Part shown: piece after piece, positions 13,001 to 26,000 of the stretch
How the letters are laid out: every line of letters begins with the position of its first letter
How positions within the stretch are numbered: the stretch's first letter is position 1
Assembly (NCBI GenBank): GCA_036172245.1
Contig: JAYWIR010000019.1
Location: 3,162,001 to 3,226,000 of the forward strand
Length of the DNA: 64,000 nucleotides
Direction of reading: 5' to 3'
DNA from: Raillietiella orientalis
Taxonomy: Eukaryota
Program-made: the position numbers and the translations under genes
Notes under the pieces: generated by a model
What the model saw: only the letters and a program-made list of their open reading frames with translations
Told to the model about the DNA's origin: nothing
Database searches by the model: none

Positions 13001-16000
13001 GCAAACCGAATAAAAAATTTCCGAAATCAGGCGAATTTCCCACTCACCATATTCCAGGCTCGAATTTCACGCTTATTGTCTGTAAGTTCTGAAAGGCGTG
13101 TCCTGGGGAGAGAGAGAAAAGTCGAGAGGTAATTACAACAAATTAACAGATATGTGAATCATTATCATCATCATCGTCGTCGTCGTCGTGATCATCATCA
13201 TCGTCGTCGTTATCTGTTCCTCTGGGTGCTAATAGCCACAGGAGGCGTCGGACCGCCAGCACTTCGTTATCACCACAGATACGCTCGAGGAAACGGGTTA
13301 ATGCAGGCGAAATTGGTAACCGTGCTCGCTGGATGGCTTTCCTTGAGCCACGCAGTCGGAGCCAAGCCTGCCTCGAACCTTACACTGAACATTCTACGTT
13401 GGAAAAACGACACCCACAGGCACACTTGATTGGCGTCATGAACAATCCGTGCACACTCTCCGGATTCCCCGAGACGTGATTTTCGTTTTACCCCTTACTT
13501 TCTGAACTCTCCCCACGCTATCCTTTTCTTTTCGCTAGAAGAAATGGATGAAACAGTCACTTACTGCGCAGATGGTACAGTAAATCCTTCGTTCTTTTTT
13601 TCTTCTTCTTTTTTTTTTTCTTCAGCTGCTAAGCATTTCCGAAAATGAATGTATTGAAAGGCAGGTATTCTCCAGCATGAGCATCGGCATGCATTCCACT
13701 CATGCTGGGAGAGAGAGAGAGAGAGACCCCCCCCCCCCCCCAAAAAAAAAAAAACGGAACGAAACCCACTGTTTACTATTCGTCAGGTCGGGTTACGGCA
13801 TTGAATAGACAGAAACGCTACGTGGGCGCCTCGGTTCGCCATGGAAACCACGAAGGCAGCAAAACCAGTTCGGCGAAGCCACTGGGGATGCTGCGGGTGC
13901 ATGGGGGGGGTGCACGCGTGATCGCTCCGTGTTGGACCACCCCCGAAAGAAGGGGTGTGCCTGCTGGCCGTGGAAGAACCCCTTGCAAGATGGCTGCGCC
14001 GACAAAATGGTGCCCTACGCCACCGTGTTCAGTTTATCTTGCTGGGATGTGTGAGGATATGGTTTTCGTTACTCGATACGAAAGAAGGTGCACCCACTTT
14101 GCTCGCTTTCCGAGGAGGAGGAGGAGGACGAAAAACTGCTGGTGTGAATGCTTTTCTCATGGAAAAACACAGACCATCGATACGAATTGCGGAAGGCTCC
14201 TGAATGAGAGATTTCACGCTTCGTCCGCGCTTGAGTTTCGTGAGACGGACGGATTTTTCTTTTTTTTTCTTTTTCCCTTTCGTCAACACACGTGACCTTC
14301 TCTTCGCGCGCACGCAAAAAAGACACAGATAAGCGATTCAGCCTCAAGCCCGAACTCTGCAAGCACACGTGTAAAAATAACTGATAACTGACTGTGCTCG
14401 GGAAATAACAACAAGCAATATCTTAGTTCTAATTTAGTTTAGAGAGATGATCTGAATCAGGGAGGCTTTCCTCTCCCGTTGACAGTTCCGGGTGGTTGAG
14501 AGCTTGGAGATGTTTCTTTTGGGAGTGGGTGGGTGGGGGGGGAAAGAACTGACTAATTACACTCTCCTGTAATACCGAACGGAACAAAATCTATAAATAT
14601 CCAATCAATCAAGATTAAATAGTATGGACTCTGCGTACTTTTCCAGTCAAATATTACCTTACTGATAGCACCAAAGCGATAGTGATCGATGCGATCGAAA
14701 GTTATGCAAATGTCTAATTTATATGGCAAGTGCTTTCCGTATGCTACATTTAAAATTAGGTTTGGAGTCGAGCCTCTTTCAAAGTCAGGCAGCCGAGCAA
14801 CAAACTCACTTTAAAGGTTGCTCCCTGAAGGATGATCTTGACAACAACTAGGAGGAGAGGAGAAAATCTTCTCGTCCTTCCGCCACAGCGAACGGCGGTA
14901 CGGAAGCAACAGGTTCTCTTTCCCATCAGGCGCTAGTGCTATTTATTTGCAAAGTTGACAAAGATCCGAAAAAAAAAAAAAAAAAAGAAAGAAGGAAAGA
15001 AAGAGACCTTCGCGTGGCAGCCAACGGCACTCCACGCACGGCTCATTTTGCCGACACTCCTGCTAGCGCGAATGCAAATGTGCACGTTAGGTGCTTCTCT
15101 TGCACCTGCTCCGACACCAGGACATCTACGGAAGCAAAAGAAAACCAAGGCTCCTCCTGGCGGACCTATCTGCCCGTTCGGGATGCTGGGAATCGAGAAG
15201 AGCGGGGTCAGTCCTTCGGAATGAGGCAAGTTCGCTCGCCCTGCTACCACGTGATTCCTTGGTTGCACCGGAGTCTCACCCGGTCTGTAGAAACCGCGTT
15301 CCCTTTCGCCTTTTCGACAAACTTCTCGGCTGAAGGACCCCTCGCTCGATGTTCGCAGAAGCCGCCGCCGCTTCCACGGTGATCCCATTAATTAAAGCAG
15401 AAAGCCTCCCCGGCCTCCCCAGACCATACGATACGACGACCAAACCAGCCTCTGCCGACCGTACGGTACGAAGCGGATAGGCACACGTGAAGCACGTCCC
15501 CCACTTACGCGCAGGTCTTTCACACGTCCCTGGATTTCGCGATTTTGCAGCGGTCTCGTTAAAGCAAACGCAAAAACGGAACAGATCGGTTTCACGAGCA
15601 GAGCACACGACTGCGGCGATGCGAATCGAGGAAGACTTGACTTACCAGAAGACCCTGTTCGCGCGAACGGCAGCGACCGCAGTTACGGACAGTTTTCTGA
15701 AAGAAGAGTCCTTCTTTGTGGGTTACAAGGTTCTCTGTAGAAATCTGGCTCTATAAGGTTGAATTTTCGTAAGCAAGAGCATCCATTGCTTGTGTTTCAG
15801 GCAAGGGCCCCACTGGAAAGTCTTGGGAGGTTCTCAGACGAATTTATTGGATGCTTTCAGAAACCCATAAAAGAAAGGTACAGATCACCTTCCCTGAATA
15901 GGCTAGAAGACCACGTCCAAGGAAAGGGCAGCGTTCTATCTAACTACGCACAGAGCTGAAGCAAGGAGGCACAAAGATTAAACATCCGGAAAGACAGACA

Positions 16001-17038
16001 TCAAAAGTTTCAGATGTTCATCCAAAAGTCTCGAAGAAGAGGGATAAGCAGCTGAAACGTGATGATCAAACCTCGGAAGAAGAGTCTGGGAAAAAACCAA
16101 CACGAAATGGACTGAGAATGGCAAAAGTGGGCCCGGCGAAAGAATAACGGGACTCAGCAAAAAGATTCAGTTTTTACCCATCACAACATGGATCGTGGAT
16201 CCCTTGTCGTTTTTCAGGCTCGGTTTGTTTTTCAGAGGACTTATCGTGCCTCTTGCAGCCATGCCTTTTGAAATTACAGTCCTCATCCTTTCTGAAAAAA
16301 CTCAAAAACCTTTCCGTTTCCAAGAAGTCATTAATTTTTATAAGGCTACTCTGTTATCAGTTAGTTGTGGCAGTGAAAGGCCGCCATACTGGGATCAAAA
16401 CGTGCAACTCGCATAAGGACCTGCCCTACGATTTTCATCCAGAATTCTCATCACTAAGAATATTCTCTACTATCCGCTACCAAAATGTATAAAAAGATGG
16501 GGGAGGGAGGTAGGGGGCGATGTCTATATCGCGTCCCAAAGTGCTCCTCAAAGGAATCTTCCGATGATTCGTGTTTCCCGTTCCATTTCGGGGAAGGCTC
16601 CCTCTAAACCCGGGAAGAATGCGACAAAATTGGGTTCCAGGTTTCGTCACAATACCTCTTCATAATTACAGACCGTTGCGAATGCTCGAGCGCCTTCTCG
16701 GCGGAACACCAAAGGACACCCCTGCTTCGATCAAGGCATGTGTTCTGCAAGCCACTTACGGGCATCGAACTGGTGTGCAGCAAACACGACCACGCTCTTG
16801 CCCCCAGTTCAAACACCACCGAGATTTTCGGAAGGTTGTGCTCTCTCCAAGGAAAACGAGGAAGATATCACAAAGAGCACCTGGAGGTAGGCGCGCAGAA
16901 AAGCAGAGTCGAGCAGTGGGGTACCCTACTCCGCGCTTGAAGACTGGTAGTTCCAGAAACGTAGGCTATTAAACTGATGAAGCTTGGAGATTTATCATTG
17001 CAACGCTTGATACTATATATATATATACATGTGTGTGT

Positions 17039-17070
<32 letters not shown>

Positions 17071-20000
17071 CTGTGTGTGTGTAATTTGTCAGTGTAACAA
17101 TTTAAATTACTCACCTTCTTGAAGAAAGCGTTGCAGCAACAGGGTCATCGCCGCCACCTCTTTCGCCGCTAAATCTGGGACGTCATCGACGTGTACTGAT
17201 AAATCTGAAGTTTAGGCTAAGGCGCACTTTGTCCAATGGCATCGTCATGGAAATTTTACAAACTGATGCTTGTTGATTGGAAACGCATCCCGACCGCGTG
17301 CACTTCGGAGTGAGTCCACTGCGCATTTTCGAACGGTGGTGGACGACGCCTTCACGACGGAGGCCGCAGTGTCGGATGTGCACGTACAAAGCATCTATGT
17401 GTGCACTCGTAGAATTATTAAATCGCGAATACATCCAGCACGTTGTTATTCCGAGTTATGCATACGTATATGCGTACATCATTCGTGCAGACACACACAT
17501 AAACAAAGTGGAAAAAAATGAATACGTAGCCTATACTTATGTAATTACTTTCCCTGTAAATAGCAGAGGTACATAACGAATAGCAAAAGTGCATCCTCCG
17601 TTGCTCACTTAAGATCATGACCGGAGCCTCTTCGCCTAGGGAAGCCCCGAGCTGATTACACAGCGCGTGACATGTCATGGTTGCCAACTTTTAGATGTTG
17701 CTCAGCTAGTTGCCATGAAATGCCACGAAATGTATAAAAGTGCGGATTCATAATGCGGCCACAAGTGGCTTCCGGTGGCTGGCTTGTCGAGGGAAACACA
17801 GTTTCATTTGTTAATTGATGGGTCTGGAATGTTCGAGAGAATTCGTCAAAAAATTAATTAAACGAAGGTTACGAACGCCTCGGACTTGCGCCGCGGCGCG
17901 TAGAAACCGAAACTCGATCCGAATCCAGCAAAGAGAAAGTGAAGAAGGGGATTCCCTTGATCGGAAAATCCAGATTTGACTGCTAACTTGGCTGCACGGG
18001 TTCCTCTCCTGCCTCTCCCGAAATCCGACAGTCCCGGAAGAGGCAGCGCGGGGGTATATAAAACAGCCGATGTCCTCCACGTGCCGCCTGCCCTGCGCTC
18101 TTCCGGAAAGCGCGAAAAAGACGCGCGCAAAGTGCATCGCCACCGGAGCTTTCCGTGCTGCGTTCCTCCTGGAGCTGCAGCCAGGATCAACTGGAACATT
18201 CCGGGCTCTCCCTGCTTTTTTTTTTTTTGCAGTTCTCTCTTTTCCCCCATCCATCCCCCTTCCTTCAAGCGCTCAGTGTCACAGACCTCTCGCAGCGGTA
18301 TAGGCGGAATGCCGCGAGAGGGCGCACCTGCTGACCTGCTGACTTCGAAACCTCCGGTCCCCAGCTATCTGCTGCGCTGCCACTGGACTTTTCGAAAGCT
18401 CCACGCGGACAGGATCCGCGGATCTCTTCGGATTGTGGTCAGTACAACCCCGACCACTGCATGCTGCAGCAGGCAGCCACAGGTAGCGGAGTTCCTTCCC
18501 TACGGTGTCTTCAGTTCTACCGTCCGCGCTCGCCACCCTGGGAAGGTTCAGCCAGCGGTTCCAGGAGCGAGAGAGACGGGTCTTTGTCGGGAGGGGGGGA
18601 GGGATCGAACTGTGAGTTCGTCGAGATCGAGGGAAGAGAGCCTGAAGCAGAAATCCGGGATACGTCCCGCGGAATTCCAGACGCCATCCTCAATTGCTGA
18701 GAGCGAGAGGAAAAAAAAAAAACACCCCTAAGAGACGGAAGACGCAAATGGCTTTCCGCTCTCGGAAACAATCGGCTTCAGCTCACCTGGAACGCGCGCA
18801 CACCCTGCAGCGGCATTCGCTCCCTTCTCGCCCCCTTTTCGCCAGCATCCACTCCCCTACCTTTCGGGGAAGGGGGGGCGGGGAGGCAATTCGTGGAACC
18901 GGAGGCGCTAGCAGATTCGAGTCATTAAAGGCATCGAGGACCAAACACCACCACCACCACCATCGCTGCATGCTAGCGATTTTTCCATAATCACTCGCAT
19001 TCTATGGGAACCACGGCGACCCTGCCGACGGCGCAGGTCCACCACGTGGATGACGCCATCCTGGGTGAAGAGTCCACGCGAGACAACAGCATCGTGGCAC
19101 GCTGTGTTCGCCGACTGCTTTGCGGGGATTGTGCTTCGTGCCTCCCCATCTGAGACGCTTCGCAACGTTCAACGCGTGGGGACTCGGAGCCGCGAGGCAC
19201 GCAGGGAAGGTGCAGAGGCCAGGAAGAGGCTGCGGCAGAGCGGGTCCTCGCTGCTGAGGCCTCTGAGCCGTAGTGAGGAGAGAGGAGGGGGAGAAGAGTG
19301 GAACCGCCCACCAGGAGCATACGAAAGAGGGGGCTGGAAGGAGGAAGACCGCGTTCTTCCTGGCAGAGCGCGAGCGCCGCGGTGGCCTCCGCCAGAAGTT
19401 CCTCGGGATGTCTCGGCTAAGCGAGTCCATTGCCGTTTATCTGCCCAGGGAGGAGGCGAACGGTGGAGACCTCTCTGCCCAGGGAAAAGAACATTTCCAA
19501 GCGCACATCCTTTCTCTCCACTCCCCACGCACGCTCGCGCGCGTGCGTGCGTGGGAAGCATGGCTGCGCAGAGAATGGCTGTGCTGCCCACTCTCAGCAC
19601 AGCCATTCTCTGCTGGAACCCGCGGCTAAAGAAGCCCCCCGAATTCGCAGAAGAGGGTGTTCGTTTTCCGAACACCCTCTTCTGCACCCCTATCGTCCGC
19701 TACGCCCATGAACACTCCAGATGGTGCCTGTGGGCTGCACAGGACCGTGCAGAAGCGGCCGCCGGAGCCATCACTTTCTCCATTTGCCTCCGCGTCCACA
19801 CTTACTCCGACTTCTCCGACCGCTGTCCAAGGAACGACTCCGTCGCCGGGAAGGGCGGAAAGGAGGTGGCAGAAAAAGAAATTTTTAAGCCCAGGATAAA
19901 AACAAAAACGAGAGAGAGAAAAAAATAAACACTTCCAGTATGGAAACGGAAGGAAGGAAGGTGATGGGATCCGTACATCCAGCTCATCCTGAGAAGAGGC

Positions 20001-23000
20001 AAACCACATCCGCGCTAACGAAAGATGATGATGTTGCAATGACCGAATTGAGGTAAGGAAGATAGTCGTAGGTTATCCTCCGATGCTCAATGCACTCAGT
20101 GGCCTCCCAGTTCACAGAGGTCGCTTAAGAACCAGTGGCTCTCTAACTTCGGATCGCAATGGATGTTTCCAAGACAACGCAGCACGAAGGCTGCCCACAC
20201 CACCCAGAAGACTCAAGCAAAAAGACACGTGCAGGCGCGCATAGGATTCCGTCTTTGCGCGCGTTTTCTTCCTTCAGATAGGGAGACGGTGGAAACCACT
20301 GACATACGAACTGGAAAGCACTATGGAAGAGAAGAATGTGCTGCAGATCTCATCTCCTCTTCCAGAGATATCTCTGCTTTGATGAACTTTCAAAGAATAG
20401 TTTGTTTGATAGCCCTTGCATCTTCTTTTTTCCTTCTTTGATCTGCCGATGCTGCCTCCGGTTAGCAAAGGCCGTGCAGCTGTTACTGGGATTTAGGAAT
20501 CCTGGAGCACATGGCCGGAGAGTCATTCACTCCCACTTGGGATTCCTACTGATCTTGGGAATTCTCCTGTACAATGTTTGCGGGTCAAACAGGATACTCT
20601 GCGTGCCAACATTAAACAAAACACCGTCCTGCTGCCTCTGGCAGCAGCATAAAAGAGTTCATCGGCTGGAAGAAAAGATGGAATGGACTCCAACAAACGG
20701 CGGAGGAGAAGAGAGGCAAAAAAAGAAAAATGCATTCACGAATGAGAAATCGTGGTCCAAGTTCCTACGAGAGCTACACACTGAACTGGGATAGACAGCG
20801 GGAGTTTCAACCCTAAAAACCCACAAACATGGGACGTTCTCACAGAGCCGGGAAAAATCGGATTCCAGCAGAAAAACTTCCCCCTGTTTCTCCAGAATCC
20901 AAATCGGTTGCTGAGTGAAAATGCTCGTCGATGATTCGATTCTTCTAAAAACAACCGAACAAACCAGAGGATAAGCGCATCCAAACTAGAGGACACTTTT
21001 GCTGTATTGCATGGGTCAGTCTTGATCAACGCAAAGAAGAAGCAGGAACAGCACACGTGTTTTTCAGACCCTCCTCAGGAGCTCAAGAGCGTTTTCAGGA
21101 CTCAATCCACTCTAGTTTGGTGCCAGAAGCAAAATCATCTTTGGAATCAGCATCGTAGAGAAATTTCAGCTTCTTGTCATCCACGCTCGAAATGATATTA
21201 CGCCTTCTTTCCTAATCACGCCGGAGTACTGCCGAACGACCCCGGAATGGATTGACTAGGACACTCGACAATCCCATAGAGCCAGGGCAGATCATTCAGG
21301 ATCGCCGAGCTAGTTCCTTCGCTAGTTCATCGCAGGATGGCTAAGAACGAATCGAAGGGGGCTGGGAATCACACTTTCATCGTTTGGAGCCGATAAAGTG
21401 TCAAATCTCACTACCGTGAGCATCGCCACGGTAACCAACGAAATCGCCCTACATCAGAAAGGTAGCGACCACCAAGAATCCGTACGATGGAAGGGGGAAG
21501 AGGAAGGGGAAACCTGGCAATACTGTCTGCTACGCTTGGGTTTTCCCCATCCTTTGGCATTTCTACAGTTGGAAAAGATACGATCATCGAACGCACCTGC
21601 ATTCTGAAAGAATTCCATTAGTGAATGGCGAACGGTCTCGTGCTTTAAATCAGATTGCAGAGATCCACTTGTTCACCCACTTTTGGAAATCTTTTGGAGT
21701 CGAAAACTTTCTGGGAACAAAGAAACGTGAAGCAAGCAACAAGTCGACCTCAAAATAAGTGGGGTTTGCGTTCTTGATGCAATTATGATGAGACAGCAGC
21801 TAACTCCAAAGGTAATTTGGATTTCGCTAAAAGCTACAATCAATTTAGGTAATTCCTGCTGTTGCAATTTCATCTGGACGAGTAAATTAGCAATAACTGC
21901 TATCGAGGACTAACGAACGGAAGTTGAGAATTTCGTCCAATTAATTGGGGAAACAAGCAACTCTGCCATCCAGCATGTGTGTACTTCGGATTATACTGCC
22001 GTCAGGGAGTCAACTTCATAGTGGCAGCGAGGTTAACCTTGGAAGATCACTGTCCTCAGCGCATCCAATGAAAGCACAAACACAAAAGCCTAAAGAATGC
22101 CAATTGCGGATCTTGAAAATAAGCGATGCTTCGCCTACAGCTAGGAAACAAACATTTTTTATGTTTCAGGAAATCATGCAGAGTTGAAAATTGCATCCTA
22201 TGCCAGCAGAACTTGGAGGAACTCTGCGTCACTTGGTCTCGGAAGCTCCTCTTCCGTCTCGAGAGGTGCCCACCTCAAACCTCAGCGCGATCGCTGGATG
22301 AAGAACGGCGTCTGCTGCAGATCTCTTCGCACGGAACCACCCAGGACGCCATCAAGCTTTGCTGCTTCCTTTAAAGCTTCCCATTTGCGTACCTTGAACT
22401 GCGCAAATTTCTCATCTGATACCATCAAAAATAGTCATCAACGCTTCACCATGCAGCGTGGTAATTCTTCATCAACCGTGAATTAAATGTACTCATATTA
22501 CACGAAACGGAACCTTTGCATCTTGAGTGTTCAGAATATTGATGAATGTCTAATCTATTATTACTTGGTGAGGAGGAATCGACGGATGGCAAGAACGTAC
22601 GTTTTGCCCAACTTCTTCAAAAATTTATTCACAGCTTTTCGTGTTTGCATTCCTGGATGGCGCGCGCACACCAACAAGTGTGCACCTTAAATATTACGCA
22701 CACTGCAAAGGCGATCGCCGGGTCGATCCGAAATCCGTTGCATCGGCATTGGATTTGTGTGTTTCAAATCGCACCAACGCTTCTAAAGTTTCCGCGAAGA
22801 ATCGCTGCTAAGACACGGCATGTAGCCGTATGTATATTGCGCCTGGCATGGAACCTGTAGAGTAATAACATCCATGGGAGAGAACTGGAGATCACGCCGC
22901 ATCCACAGGGAAAGGCATGCCTCGGAGATTTGCAGCCAATGACAGCACAGCTACTCAGTCTACCTCCGGAGCAACCGTGTTCCGTGCACGCAGGCAGTAG

Positions 23001-26000
23001 TGTGCACACAAACAAACAGATGCGGCTGCACGCTGCGAGTGTTTTCTTCTTATACATCCCGCTCGGCCATTCATGCCGTCGGTAGGTGCTTTTGGGTAAG
23101 AAAACACCAGCAAAGTGCTTCCACATGCGGAGGGAAGAAGTTCCACGGGCAGCAATAACGGAACGAGGCAGATGGAACACGGAATGAAGTCGCAGACTCT
23201 AGGAGGAAGAGGGCCTTGCGGCTCTTCAGCGTGCCGTCGCTTGGCAGTCCGTCATGCCGACAGCCACGAGGAGACGAGGTCGTTTCGCGATGCACTCAGC
23301 CAACGGCGCCGTTCCCGCCGCCGAAATCTCGAGGATCCCCCCTCATTCGCCATCCGCCCCACAACAACTCCCTCCGCTCGACTCTCTCGTCCTTACGGCC
23401 GACAACGGACTTATTCCGTTGCCGTGGTAGCAGTTAGCCTGGGCACGGCCATCGGCGGGCGTTCTTCGATCTCCTTTGGCAAACTCCGAAGTACTTCCGC
23501 TCCGTAGGACTCAGACCAGAGAGGGCCTCGTTCAGCCAACTCCCCGGGTCCTACGGAAGGTAGATTCTTCCTCCCTTCAACCAGGAAGGGGCGGTGGGGC
23601 AATCTTCGGAGCACACGTCCGGGGCAGCCAATGCGCAACTCTCCTTCAAGACAGCTCTTGGAGGCCGTGCTTCCCGCTGCCAGCCCTGCCGGCTTCCCTT
23701 CCCCCGGAAAGGCTGAGAGAGCGCACCGCCCTAATGCAGCAGTCGCGATCGGGACTGACCCGAATCGGACTCCAGGACATGCTAGCAGCTCTGCCCCAGC
23801 GCTGCTAGCATTCTTCGATGGCCTCTTGAGAAAGCTAAAACCTCTGAGCTGCTCCGTGAACAGCGGGTTTTAACGGAGAGAAACGCGGGTTCCTCGAGGG
23901 TGCCACTAGACTCGGAGGAATCGCACCTCTTCGCAATTCGCCGCTCCGTGAAGAAACCGATCAAGAGGATCTTATGCGCCAAAGCAGCGCGACTGGAAGG
24001 CGACAGAGTAGTAGCCTGCTCGGAAAGGATGCGCGCCCAGAAGCTCGGTTCAGCGCCTGGAGGGACAAAGAGTCAGCGCGCGAAGACCAAGCAACGACGA
24101 AGTAGACCTTTCGAAGAGGGGAGGCGGAGGAAGTGACGTGAGCTCACGTCGGATACCTTCTTCCGTCTGCACCGAGACACCAAGAAGCTTCGGAGCTAGA
24201 GTGCGCGCGCGAGGAAGACCGGCGGAAGAATTCCCACTTTGGGGATGCTGGAAGAAGTCGAAGGCGGAACACCTGCCAAGAAACACCGGAGGCTCACTCA
24301 CACCTACCGAGTCCACTGGAGAACCGACAGATATTCACACGTCCACGCGCGCTCGCCAGCTCCACCATTCAATCCGAGGTCCGGAATTCGCGCACATCCA
24401 GGAGTCCAGCTTCCGGGAGTGGACCGGAGGAAACCGACCGCGGAAATTGTCGCGAGGCAAATCTAAGATTTTGCAGGGAGGGTGCGCGCGCGCAGGAGAG
24501 AGAGTGGTGTGTGTGTGTGTGTGGCAAACGGGGGTCCGAATGGACAGCGGGGATGCGACGGCACGGAGGGATCCCTGCGCTCTCGTGCGGCAATGAGGAA
24601 AGCAGGAAAGCGACGCGCAGGGCTGGTGACGCCGGAGGAAGGAGGAGGAGGAGCCGGGAAGAAGCCCCACCAGCTGTGTCACCTCACTCGCGAAAGATGC
24701 GAACCCGCGGAAGTAACGTCGCTGCGGCCTGGTCCACCGGCTTCCGTCGCATTGGGGATCTTCTCATCTCTAATTACTCTGTCCGTGGGGAAAACTTTGG
24801 AGGGAAGGAGAGAGAGAGAGAGAGAGAGAAAAAAATGCGGCATGCCGCCGCGTTCCCGTTTGCCGCTCCCGAACGTGCGTGGATGCACACGGATGCAGGT
24901 GAGGAAGGGTGGGTACAAACTCGCACCCGCTTTGACCTCGCTTTGACCGGGAAAATTTCAACGCGAAAGTCTCAACGCGTTGGACTTTCAATCGCCTCTC
25001 CATCCCTGCTTTTTTTTTTTTCTTTTTTTTTCTCGCCCGAGCGGCAAGGTGCGGATGCTGAAAGACTTGCATGGCAGTGCGAGGAACGGGTGGGAAAGGG
25101 ACGCGCGCCATTAAAAGGCTGCGTCATGACGTCACGGCCGCGCACGCAGCACAAGGTGAGCTCCATCTTTAGCAGGAATTCGGGCGTTCTGCACCGGCCG
25201 AGTTTCCGCTTTACAATCTTTGTGCTAAGAGAGCCAGCGTTGCCATCAGAGTGGTCGTCATGTGCTGAGAGCAACCGTCCCCAGTGCTCTTCCTCGAGGG
25301 CCGCCCTCGTCATCGAGGATGGTAGAAAAGAACGTAACCGTAGATTCATCCACCGAAACCGCATAAGGCCGACAGTACAATCCCGTCGGAAAGCACAAAA
25401 GGCGCGCATTCGAGAAGCGACAAGCACTCTCTACTTTTACCTTGACTCTCCAAGTGGTTGCTAAGTGAACCTCTGAAAGGATACGTTCCGCAATTGCTGA
25501 GACGCTTTGGAGATCTTTGGAAATCTGGTACGCTCTCCGGCATTCTTCCTTAATGTCATAAAAGCTATTATAATAATCGGGAAGATCGATGTTCTTGTTG
25601 CATGCTTCAGGATGGAGACACTGGCGCAGATGCAGCTGACCGTCGGTCACCAAACGGAACTGCTGTTCGTCGTTGACGCACTCTCCCAGAGAGTCTTTCA
25701 GGAATTTATCCAACTGAAACAAAAATGGAAATTCTGTGAAGAAGAAGAGGAATCGACGGCGAAGTGATTCCACCCAGAGTATTCACACATACTGTTGTCT
25801 GAACTGGGAGGTCATCTTCCGTCTGGCACGCAAACAAAAGCAATGAAATGCGTTCCTTGGACAAGAGATTAGTACAGAATAAAAAAAAAAAAAAAATACA
25901 TAGAATCCAAACGTATCACATGAATGAGAAAAGCAATCCAACTTGGATTCGTACTATTTGCAAAAGAGTAGGTGTACACCTAATAGATTTGAGAACAAGT

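Noticed and set aside
14810..14824. 15-nt microexon-like CAG|...|GTGAGT in intron 4
   Set aside because: Weak polypyrimidine tract, very short and no supporting homology. Much weaker than the 15646-15696 candidate.
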